Shown here one piece after another: positions 37,905 through 49,400 of a DNA stretch of 64,000 nt (positions are counted from its first letter, which is position 1; each line of letters begins with the position of its first letter). Under the pieces are notes generated by a model. That model was given only the letters and a program-made list of their open reading frames with translations. It was not told where the DNA came from and ran no database searches. The DNA comes from Chiloscyllium plagiosum. Taxonomy: Eukaryota. The translations under genes and the position numbers were made by a program. The stretch spans positions 98,430,518-98,494,517 of the forward strand of contig NC_057718.1 of NCBI RefSeq assembly GCF_004010195.1. The letters run 5' to 3'.

Positions 37905-38355
37905 GTCCATTCACCTCAAATCACAAGGTTTCGGTCTCATATCAGATTGATTATAAAAATCAAGGCCGACACTAAGTGCCATACTAAGGGACTGCTTCAC
38001 TGACAGCCTTTTGAATTAGGTATTAAATCAACAGAAAGAGACCCGATTTTGAAACGAGGTGTTAAACTAAGGTCCCACTGAATGTTTGGGTGAATGTAAA
38101 ACATTCCATGGCACTATTTTGAAGAAGAGGGGACCTACATTTGATATCCTGGCTAATGTTTATCTCTCAATTATCACGACAAAGAAAAAACAGAGCATTT
38201 GGGCATTATCACAATGTTGCTGTGATAGTTTGCTGAGAAATTAGCTGCACGTTTCTTAGAACAGAACAGCAACTACACGTTTAAAACCTTCTTAATGGAT
38301 TGTAAAGCACTTTGAAAATTCCAGTGGGTGTGAAAAACACAATACAAAATGTAAC
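37905..38355 (+). mobile_element. Deu-domain SINE (SacSINE1/AmnSINE1-like)
   Basis: gaggtgttaaactaaggtcc...gtaaaacattccatggcactattttgaagaagag...tcctggctaatgtttatctctcaa...cattatcaca...tgtaaagcactttg matches the Deu central domain and tail as recalled. Confidence 0.72.
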
Positions 38356-38823
38356 AAAATTTATTTTCAGGACAAATTTATAACTCTTCCTTCACAATCT
38401 TAGATGTTACCTATTCAGAAAAAAACTGAATTCAGCCAAAGTGTCTTAATTGCATAATATACCACAGACTAGCAGGGAATGAGTCTGAAAAATATTTGCT
38501 GGTTCAGTCAGTGTTTAGTAGAACAAGCTATAACTTCACACTATTTAGTGGGGATGGCCTACAAAGATAATCATCGACTACACTTGTTTCTACAATTGAG
38601 TTTCAGCTCCAATCTGATATTAGTTAGAGGCGATTACGTGTACAATGAAGATTTTATTTTAAATCAACCTGTTTGGACACATAATGGCATATGTCTGGGG
38701 TAGGTATGATTTGAATCCAGACCTCCTTGCTCAGAAATAGGGATGGTACCACAACACGACAAGAGCCCCTTTAAATGTATAATGAATTGTACATTAACCA
38801 AGTGTGAGCATCTGCTTTATATA

Positions 38824-39017
38824 GATTAGATTACATTACATTACAGTGTGGAAACAGGCCCTTCGGCCCAACAAGTCCACACCGACCCACCGAAGCGCAA
38901 CCCACCCATACCCCTACATTTACATTTTACCCCTTACCTAACACTACAGGCAATTTAGTATGGCCAATTCACCTGACCTGCACATCTTTGGACTGTGGGA
39001 GGAAACCAGAGCACCCA
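38824..39017 (-). mobile_element. HE1-type SINE, 3' half
   Basis: gattagattacattacattacagtgtggaaacaggccc...tgcacatctttggactgtgggaggaaacc. Confidence 0.85.
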
Positions 39018-39814
39018 TGCTCTAAATGGTGACTTTGTAAGTGTCTATAACAGTTTTTCTTATTCACAGGCTAAGAGCGGCACTGGCAAGTCCAGTGTTT
39101 AATGCTTCTTGCTAACTGTCCTTGAGAAAGCCCAACTGGGTGTCGTGATGGGCCATTTCAGAAGGCAGTCAACTGCACTGTTGGGTGACTGGAGTCAAAC
39201 TGAGGCCTAACTGGGTAAGGACAGCATTCGTGGATAAAAATCCTCTGGTTTCATAGTTATCATTACAGATGCTAACTTTTTATGCTAGTTTTACTGAACT
39301 TAATTTAAATTCCAAAGCTGGTTACTAAGGGATTTGACAGGATAGATATGGAGAGGTTGTTTCTCCTTAAGGAACAAACCTGGACTAGAGGGCATAGCTC
39401 AGAATAAGGGTCAGAATCATAGAAATGTACAGCACGGAAACAGACCTTTGGTTCAATCTGTCCATGCCAACTGATTGCATCAAGATTTTCTAAGTGTCCT
39501 GCTGCACCCTCCTGGTAAAAGATTCCAGATTTTTTCCTCCATGATCAATGTTACGCCAACTGGCCTCCACGTTCTAACTTTCTGTCTCCTGTCCTTGAAT
39601 AGATGGAGACAGAATGCATTGTTTCCCAATCTGATATCTTTGCAGAATCTAGGGAATTTTGGTAAATTAAATCCAATGCATGTACTATTTCATCAGCCAC
39701 TCCCTTTAAAATCCTAGGATGAAGTTCACTGGATCCTGGGAACTTGTTAGCTTTCAGTTCTCAATTTTCTCAGTACCTTTTCCATAGTGAATATAATTGT
39801 TTCAAACCTAATTT

Positions 39815-40020
39815 CTGGACATGGATCCGGAGGTCCCTATGGATGGGATGATGCAGAGGAAGTATGTCCATTTCCTGCAGGGCTGGCAGAGGAAGGAACA
39901 CCAGCATTGCCACCATGGTTGGAGACTTCTGTTTGGGTCTGTGCAATCTCAGCTTTTTGAAGGAATGCCTAGCAATGTAGAAAGGTCAATGAACTTCACC
40001 ATTCCACCAGAGTAAGTGTC
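39815..40020 (+). mobile_element. Probable Harbinger-type transposon Myb/SANT-like ORF relic
   Basis: Frameshifted translation D.EV.MDGMMQRKYV.F...W.....V....R...QCRKVNEL followed by a gtaagt donor resembles Myb/SANT-like domains of Harbinger accessory proteins. Confidence 0.4.
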
Positions 40021-41749
40021 ATCATCTTCTTTCTGCCATCACTCTCACACACCATCAATGCTTGTGTGCACACTTCCCACCAGTACTCACGCTCCACCAC
40101 TTTGACTGAGGCACGCAACATCTTCCCTCATCCCCCTCTCAATTCCCACAAGATGGTGTATCACTGTGTTCTTTCTGCTCACTCACTAGGGACACCTCGC
40201 AGGGGATTTGGGGGGGAATGCATGATGTGCTAAAGGGAAAGACAAGGCAAGGCATAAATATTGTGAGCATTCATACGGGCATTAAGTGAATGAGTGCTAA
40301 GAAAGCATCTTTCAGATGCTTGAACTGGATGACTATCGCTGCAAGCAAAGTATTCCTGCCGCAGCATTGCAATGAAAGCTGCTAGTGGACTTTGAGCTGC
40401 AACATTATAGTGCAGACATTAAGTGTAAGTGTGTTGGAGATGTGCCATGATGCCCCAAAGAGACTGGCATGTATTGGATGCCAACATCCATGGATGCAGG
40501 TTGCATACACCTGCTACTCATAGATCATGCCCTGTGCTGTTAATGCCACCATGTCCACGTTTGAGATCCAGATGAGCAAGCAGGGGGTTGAACTCATCAG
40601 GTAACCTCCATCCCAGCCCAGTTTCATGCTGGGAGTTCTCAGCATCTAGTTTCCATCCTGTCAATGGTAGAATTAGAGACTGCATATTAATAAGACAAGA
40701 TTATTAAAGATGACAAAGACTGACAATCCCCATTAAAGCCTTCTCGCTGCTCACTACTGAGAATCTCATCTTGAAGTCTGAAACTCAGTTGGAAAATGTG
40801 ACTTGTTGCTCCCAACATAGATTGTTAATAACATCATTGTTACTTGATGTTTAGGAGAATTGTAAATTTAAACAGTAGTTTCTTAGGTCAACAATCATTT
40901 GGCAGCTAAAGCAGAGAGATCAACATGAACACTGCTGAATATTTGGAGCTTTGACTCTTTCACTCTCAGGCACTAATAGATCTCGCACTCATTTATTTAA
41001 ACATAGGCATTTATAATTCTCAATCTCATATGCAGCCCAATGAAATGAATTTTCCCTTGTGGTGGTGAGTTTGTTAAATATATTGCAAGATGTCAGTTTA
41101 CCAAACACTTATTATTCCATTTTTTTCTGCTTCATTCAATCCTATTTCTTTACTTTTTCAGCTACACCTTGTCGTGTTTTGAGATTCCTGCCTTTCAGAT
41201 TGGAATGATTTAAGTTTCAAGTAAAATACAGTTTGTAATTTAAGTCAAATTTGAAGTTTTAATATTTTCATGCACAATGTAACACAACCTTTATTTCTCT
41301 TAGAAATAATTTTAGTATTAAAACGGCAAGCACTTTAATTGATTTGCTTGGAAAGGATGGACATACTTTTGAAACTTTGTTCTTCACCAAGTCAAGATAG
41401 GCTGAAAATAAATGAAAATAGTGCTGCTTTGGAATGTTGAAATCTCTGCTTTAGCTGCAGATTCTTTGAGGGTTGAGGTTGTGCTCAAGAAGGTAATGCC
41501 CTTTACAATTTGCAGCCCTGCTGACTGACAAAAAGGTTGGAAGATGAACCTGTGAAGGTACATTGGTACCTTCACATTGGTGGTTACCTTGGCAGTCCAG
41601 AGACAAGGAATTGTGGCCAAGAGACAGGAGCTTAAATCCTGAAGAGTTTAAGTACAATAAATAAAATACATTTGGAAAAAAAAACAGTATCAGTACTTAA
41701 TGGCAAACTTTAAACTACATGATCATTTACTTAATGCCCTTTAGGAAGG

Positions 41750-42150
41750 AAAAAATATAAGATCAGGAGTGGATAAAATGGCCCCTTAAACCTGTCGACA
41801 GTTCAATACGGTCATGTCTGATTAATGGCTTCAATGTTATTTACCCACCCACTTCCTATAATCCTGGGTTCCCTGTCAACTAAAAATCCATCGATCTCAA
41901 CTGTAACTATATTTAACTATACAGTATTCACAGATTCTTGGTTACAGATTTTATTTATCTAAATGAGTCTTAAATAATTGTTTCCTTATCCTGAGGCTGT
42001 ACCCCATATTCTAAATTCCCCAGCTAGGAGGAAACAGCCATCTACCCATTCAAGGCTTTTCTGAATCTCATATGTTTCAATCAGATCAACACACATTTTT
42101 GTAATCTCTGGATATTTTAGGCCCAAATTATTCAGCCTTCCTTAATACAA
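41750..42150 (-). mobile_element. Decayed CR1 3' end
   Basis: ataagatcaggagtgg...ggccccttaaacctg...ttcaatacggtcatgtctgat tail, plus tatgtttcaatcagatc (reverse complement of DLIETY). Confidence 0.6.
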
Positions 42151-42289
42151 CAGCCATTAATTGATTTGTAATTTGTTAGGAATAGAGAGAAAAAGAGGGA
42201 GAGTGAGAGTGAAAAATCTGATTTGGCGAGTAATAGATAAGATCGAGTAATCTGTTCCTCGTTTATTGCTTGTAGTTGGCAAGGTTCAC

Positions 42290-44810
42290 AAGGGCAGGAA
42301 CTCGGCCACATGGAATGCCAGTCCTACAATATGTGCAAAATCACTGGAAGTGTCCATGGTGACGACGTATGTAGGACATCTGTTCAGCTGCAGTTTCTGA
42401 TTAACTGCATGGAGTGGCTGGAGGTACGGATGGGCTCACTTTGGAACATACATGACGCTGAAGGGGTCGGAAATAGCACGATAAGCAAACTTGTGACACC
42501 AGAAGGAAGGGCTACAGAGATAGAAAACAAGTGTTGGGTGACCACCAATAAGACTAGTAAGCATAGGCAGGCAGTCCAGGAATCCCCTGTCACCATCCCA
42601 CTCTCAAATAGAACTATCATGTTGGATTCTGTTGAAGGTGGTGTGAATGGCTTTCAGAGGAAAGCAGCAACAGCTAAGCTTGTGGCATCACAGTTGGGTC
42701 AGCTTCACAGCAGGGGAGGAAAACAACAGGGGGAGATTTAATGATAAGGAACTCGATTGTAAGGGGAACAGAAAGCCGGTTCTGTGACCACAAATTAGAC
42801 TCTTAAATGGTATGTTGCCTCCTGGTTCCAGGGTCAGGGTTTCAGAACAGTTACAGGACATTGTGAAGGGGGAAGGTGAACAACCAGCATTAGTGGTACA
42901 TGTTGGTACCGATGACATGGGCAAAATAAAATAATGAAGACATGAAACAGGAATTGAGCGTTTGATAGTACATTAAAGGAATTATGTGGCAAAGGGCCAG
43001 TAAATATCTTTGGCAGATAGGATTAAGGAAAACCCCATGGCATTTTATCCGTACATTCAGAACAAAGGATTACCAGTAAAGAGTGGGGCCTCTGAGAGAC
43101 CAAAAGGACAATCTATGCATGGAACCAGAGGACACGGGTGAGGTCTTAAATGAATATTTCTCATCTGTATTCACAAAGGAGAAAGACACTGTAGCTGGAG
43201 ATTTCAGTTGGCATGGTGAAGTTCTAGAACATGTTAAGATTAATAAGGAGGAGTGAATGGATGTTTCAGCAGGCATAAAGGTGCATAAATCCCTTGTATG
43301 TATCCCAGGCTGCTATGGGAGGCAAGAGAAGAGATTGCTGGGATCCTGGCAGAGATATTTACTGTTTCATTGGCCATAGGTGAAGTGCCAGATGACGAGA
43401 GGATGGCACATGTGGTTCCTTCATTTAAGAAGGGCAGGAAGGATAAGGCAGATAATTGGAGACCATCTCATTTCATGTCAGTGGTGTAAAAAGTTTTAAT
43501 AAAAATTCAGATGGACAGCATTAATCAGCACTTGAAAGAGCACGGATTGATCAGGGATAGTCAGTATGGATCTGTGGGAGGGAGATCCTACCTAATTAAT
43601 TTCATTGAACTGTTTTGAAAAGGTGACAAAATTAATTGGTGTGATTGGTGTAGTTGATGTTGTTTATGTGGACTTCAGTGAGGGCTTTGACAAAGTGTCA
43701 CATTGAAGACTGGTCCAAAAGGTAAGAATCCATGAGATCCAAGGCAAGTTGGCAACTGGATCCAAAACAGGTTTGCAAATAGGAGGCAGAAGGTGATGGT
43801 AGAGGGTTGCTTTTGTAATTGGAAGCCTGTGACTAGCAGTGTACCACAGGGATTGGTGTTGAGACCCTTGCTGATTGTTATGTACTTTAATGGTCTGGAT
43901 GTGAATGTAGAAGGTATAATTAGTAAGTTTGCAGATGATACAATTGATGGTAGTGAGGAGGATGGTCTCAGACCACAATCTGATATTGATCAACTGGTAC
44001 ATCAGGATTAGCAACGGCAGATGGAATCTAATCCTGATAAGTGTGAGGTGATGCAATTTGGGAGGTCCACAAAGGGAAGAACATACATAATGAATGGTGG
44101 GTCTATCGGGAGCACTGAGAGCAAAGAGACCTTGGTGTACAAGTCCGTAGGTCCCTGAAGGTGTTAGCAAAGGCAGTCAGGGTGGTGGAGGTGGCATAAA
44201 GGATGTTTGCATTCATTAGCCACAGTGTAGAATATAGGAGCATGGAAGTCTTGTTATAGCTTTAAAAAATATTGGTTAGGCCACTGATGGAATACAGAAT
44301 ACCATGAACAGTTCTGGTTGCCATACCATTGGAAGGATGTGGCTGCACTGGAGACGGTTCAGAGGAGATTCATCAGGATGTTGCCTGAGATGGAAAGTCT
44401 AGCTATGAAATGAGACTGGACTGGCTGCGTTTGTTTTCCTTACAGCAGAGCAGGCTGAGGGGAGGATCAGATTGAGGTATACAAAATTAGGAGAGGCATA
44501 GACAGGGTAGATCATAAGAATCTTTTCCCCATGGCAGACGGGTTTAAATGAAAGGGCATAGGTTGAGGGTGACGAGTAAGCGCTTTAGGGTATCTGAGGA
44601 AAGTGCTTTTTCACCCAGAGAGTAGTGGAAATATAGAATATGCTGACAGAGCTCACGGTGTGGACAGGTACACTTCTAACATTTAAGCAGTATCTGGGTA
44701 AGTATTTAAAATGGCAAGGCATTGTTGGCTATGGAATAGATTCAGGGATTAGTGTAGTTTTATGTTTGTCAGTCAACATGGACTTGGCAGGCTGAACGGC
44801 CTGCTTCTAT
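42290..44810 (+). mobile_element. Long decayed CR1: ORF1 (Zn-finger + SGNH esterase) joined to RT half of ORF2, endonuclease missing
   Basis: ORF1 ECQS..MC...VCR...LQFL, NSIVRGT...MVCCL and VVHVGTDD; ORF2 YPRLLWEAREEIAG, VYVDFSEGFDKV, SSVPQGLVL.PLL and SKFADDT; 3'UTR ends ggctgaacggcctgcttct. Confidence 0.88.
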
Positions 44811-45035
44811 TTTTTTTAAATGAAAGTAAAGCTCTCAGGACTCAAACTGTAAGTTCCCTCAATACCTCACCCACCAAACATTCCTGGGAACAGGGCAAGG
44901 ACAAGGTTAAAGTAAAGCTCCCTGGGGTTTACTGTTAAAACAGGAAGTTGAAACAAATAGTGTAACAGTCCCTGCTGGGAGAGGGCCCCTTTCTATCCTG
45001 TATCACCCGATGACTAATTCCAGGGGGAGTTAATG

Positions 45036-45222
45036 AAAGAAAGAACTGCAAATGCTGAAAATCTGAAACATGAACAGAAATTGCTGGAGAAACTCAGCAG
45101 GTCTGGCAGCATCTGTGGAGAGAAAGAACTGCAGAAGGGTGACTGGATTTGAAATGTTCACTCTGCTTTCTCTCCATAGATACTGTCAGACCTGCTGAGT
45201 TTCTCCAGAAATTTCTGTTTTT
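45036..45222. repeat. Palindromic Penelope-derived element (same type as 15680-15920)
   Basis: cagaaattgctggagaaactcagcaggtctggcagcatctgtggagagaaag versus ctttctctccatagatactgtcagacctgctgagtttctccagaaatttctg. Confidence 0.75.
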
Positions 45223-45796
45223 GCACCACTTCAGTGAACCTTTGTGGCACCATCTCCAAAGCAAGTACATCCTTCCTTAAATGCAGAGAGAAAAACTGCA
45301 TACAGTATTCCAGGTGCAGTCTCATCGAAGCCTTGCAGAACTCTAACAGGCCTCTTTATTTGTACACACCAATCCACTAAGCAACGTGGGCGGGTGGCAA
45401 GACCCATCCCAACATTGAGAACAGTCAGTTCATCTTTTACACTTTTCAAAAGGGGCATAGCATGATTATTGCGAGGCAGTGGCAGGATGCCTATTGATAC
45501 TCATTATTGCTTGTTAAACACCATGTTAATATTGCAATTCAGTTCAAAATCCAAACTCCCAACTAATCAAATTCACCAAACAAGTTGACATCAGGAAAAC
45601 TTGACAAGGAGACTAGAGCATGTACCTGGCAAATGCGGCTCACCACTTGCTCCAAGTCACCTCAAGGTTGCCTGGGTTGAAGGGTAAGTAGTAATAGACA
45701 AATGTAGAAGGGTTAGGTGGGGCATTGGGGAAGTGTGAATCCCATGAGTTGTTAGCATGGGCGCACACAAAAGGGAGTGCTTACTGTTGCTTTTTT

Positions 45797-46110
45797 TTTA
45801 AAGACTCCCTACAGTGTGGAAACAGCACTTCGGCCCAACCAGTCCACACTGACCCTCCGAAGAGTAACCCACCCAGACCCATTTCCCTCTGACTAATGCA
45901 CCTAACACTAGGGACAGTTTAGCCTGGCCAATTCACCTGACCTGCACATCTTTGGTGCTATGGGAGGAAACTGGAGCACCTGGAGGAAACCCACACAGAC
46001 ACGAGGAGAATGTGTAAACTCCATACAGACAGTCGCCAGAGGCTGGAATCGAACCTGGGACCCTGATGCTGTGAGGCTGCAGTGCTAACCACTGAGCCAC
46101 CGTGCCGCCC
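45797..46110 (-). mobile_element. HE1-type SINE, full length
   Basis: ccctacagtgtggaaacag...ggaatcgaacctggg...gctaaccactgagccaccgtgccgccc. Confidence 0.88.
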
Positions 46111-46111
46111 C

Positions 46112-46414
46112 AAGATTAGATTCCCTACAGTGTGGAAACAGGCCCTTTGGCCCAACAAGTCCACACTGACCCTCTGAGGAGAAACCCATCCAGACCCATT
46201 TCTCTCTGACTAAAGCACCTAACACTATGGGCAATTTAGCATGACCAATTCATCTCCCCTGCACATCTTTGGACTGTGGGAGGAAACCAGAGCACCAGGA
46301 GGAAACTCGCGCAGACACGAGGAGAATGTGCAAACTCCACACAGTCACCCAAAGCTGTAATTGAATCTGGGTCCCTGGTGTTGAGAGGCAACAGTGCTAA
46401 CCACTAAGCCACCC
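46112..46414 (-). mobile_element. HE1-type SINE, second copy in tandem
   Basis: aagattagattccctacagtgtggaaac...gtgctaaccactaagccacc. Confidence 0.88.
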
Positions 46415-49400
46415 CATTAGAAAGCAGTAGGAGTGAGTGCAGGAAACCCAAAGTGCACAATTGGAAGAGCAAGTGGCTGCGACCACACTTTGAATGGGCA
46501 AGGTAAGTGACTTGAACAGTGAATGAGGCAGCTGCACCACACATCATTCATATGCCTTTTAAAATGACAGAATATAGCTCATGAATCCCTGAAGGTCAAG
46601 TGCAAAATTCTGTAAGATGCTTACTCACTGACCCTTTCAGAATGTGGCACACCCTGGCACAACCACGGTTGGATAGCTCTTTGGCAGATATGCCTTTGTG
46701 CACAGAACGAAAACATTAGAAATTGTTATCCAGGGTGGATAAAGATGCCAGCAGCATGAAAAGCCACCTGTACACACACTTTTCCTGATTTTAGCTGATG
46801 TCAGTGGTACTCCATGTAAAGCTCAATTCACACAGCTTTCTGTTTGCGTGGACTTCTATTTGGACAATGTACTGTGCGCTCCATAGAGACACTCTAAAGC
46901 AAATACATGGAAGTTACCGTCAATAACATTTATGTACACAACATGAGAAACAAAATAGCCTTCTTCACCCATGCCAAAGTGCCCTGAATACATTTTCTTC
47001 TTCATCTTCCTCCCGCTACATCCAAGTACACTTCGTGACTCTACAGCTGAGGTGCAGCAAGTTTGTTCTGGTGCAGAGGCCTTGTGTTTTGGTGAAGTGA
47101 CACCAGGAGCGCTCATGTATTGTGACTGTGATCAGTGACTTATTAAAAATATTTTGCTTAGAGTAAAGAAAATAATTAGGAAGGACTGAATCTAGAAGGA
47201 CATAAATAGTTCAGTGGATTAAGGGATTAAATATAAGGGAAGAGACAAGTTGCAAGTAAATAAACAAATAAATAAATAAAGTTACACTGTGGCAGGTCAA
47301 AATAATGAAGTAAATGAATGGAGTCAAGGCAGGAAAGGAGGAGATAAAATAATCACAGGGCAAAGGAAAGGGTTGGAAGCAAAAGGCACAGATGGACAAC
47401 GATTGTATACCAACGAGACCATGAAAACTACATTGAGGGGCAATCGACTGTAGATAAATAAAATGAACATGAATGGTGGAGTGTTACAGATTTTAGGTTT
47501 ACCTTCAGTATTCATTCAGAGATACTGCGGAGATATTCTAGGAATGATTTACTTCTCTTATCTATTAGATTACATCACAATTTAAACATTGATAGCATAA
47601 CTTCACCCCCTTGTGAAATGAACCGTGTACCATGTGTTTTACATGTGTGCTCAGCTGCGCTTCCTTAGTGTTTCAGAAGGTGGACTGAGAGCAGTGATGT
47701 CCACTCCCCAGAAAATAATTATAATATTGTCAACAGGTTGCACATAGCACCCATTTCTCAAATTAGTTTTGATTAATTTCACATAATTTCAGGGTGATTC
47801 TTCAAACAGAATTTTCACATTAATGTTGATGATATTAAGAAAATCTAAGATCAAGACCATGAACCTGCTTAAATGAGCGTCAAAACAAAATCGTATATCC
47901 AGTTATAAGGATGACAAACAGTGCATCATCCTGTGATTTTGAGGATATTTGCCTGACACAAATAAAGTCTTAGGGATTATCTTGTTGAAAGGGCGGTAAT
48001 AGATTTTCATTGTGCTTTCAATACATGTCTGTTCGAATGTCCAGTTTAAGCACATAATTATGGTCCTAAGTGGTAAGTACCGGAAAAATTTGAACTTGCC
48101 AAGAGATGCTAGAATAGAAACTGTAGGTTTAATTCTCAGGTAGTGATTAGATGCAACTTTCATGGTACAACAAATGTGGGCTTCACTTATTGTTTTTCAT
48201 TGAAGGTGTAAAGTGCGCTGGCCAATAAACTGGCAGGTTTCAGGATGGGTCAGGTACTGAGTGACAGGGTGGACATATTTCTGGATAAACCATGGAGGTC
48301 ATGCTGGATGAATGCCACATGAGTAGGATGTCCTGTATGCACAGGCCTCATGTTCTCCTCTCACTCTGGTGCTACTCCTTCGGACCAAGGACGACAAACT
48401 AAGCAAAACGCTGACGCTCAAGCACTCCCATTCTGCTACGGTGTCTTGGTGTCATCATGACTTGGAACTTTATCACCACTCTTGCACTGTTGCTCAGTCA
48501 AAATCCTGAACTACCTAACATTACTGTGTGCCCTACTACCCAAAGACTGCAATAATTCAAGAATGCAGCTCACCACCACCTTCTCCAGGGCAATAAATAT
48601 AAATACTGCAAGCCAGTGGGATCCACATCTCTCAGATTAATTAAAAAGAGATTTAATCAGGGTGACCTCCCATAGCTGACTGCTCATCCCAGCTTGTCTG
48701 CATTCCAGGATGTTGTTTGCCCCATATTCTGGATCATCGATCTCTGTACACATACTCTGCACATTATGTTCTCTGCCCAGGTTAGCAGCAACCCCTTCCA
48801 CCTTATTTTATAGCTCTGGCAGCAGTTAGAAGAACAGTGTGCGCATGTTAGCTATTCTGTGGCAGGAGAATTTGAATGGACAAGTTCACAGGCAGACACA
48901 TATAAAAGGACAGGAATTATGACATTCAGGTTCTGGGGAATAGGGAACCAATATGTCAACCATCAGATGAGACAAGAGTCTTATCAATAAGATTGTCAGT
49001 AACTGACCAGGGAGAGAAGATTAAACATGGATATTGAATTGATTAGGATGAATTAAATAATGGCGACCTCTAGAGGGCAGCCTTACTTCATTTTCCTCCA
49101 AGAAAGATTTCAAGAATTACATTCGTATTAAACAAGCAAATTTTGACACATTTGAGAAAATCAACCTAAACTATATCCAAGTAATACTAGAAAGTTATCA
49201 AATGACTATGAACTACACACAAAGTTAATACATTTCAGTAGGCTTGTTTAAACTAATAATATTTTGGAATTGCAAAGATTGAACATGCTGATGAGACGGA
49301 TGTCTCAAAATATACTGAGCTGTAGAAGTAACAACATTGTAATAGGTGTGTTTTAATGTTGGGGAAAGTTTTCATACACAAAGACACAATTCATACTATT

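Noticed and set aside
45797..46414. Tandem ~300-bp direct repeat or CRISPR-like array
   Set aside because: These are two diverged adjacent HE1 SINEs; there is no repeat-spacer structure anywhere in the window.
46420..47120. Possible additional transposase or exon in a GC-richer stretch
   Set aside because: No recognisable protein motif could be read in any frame; left uncalled.
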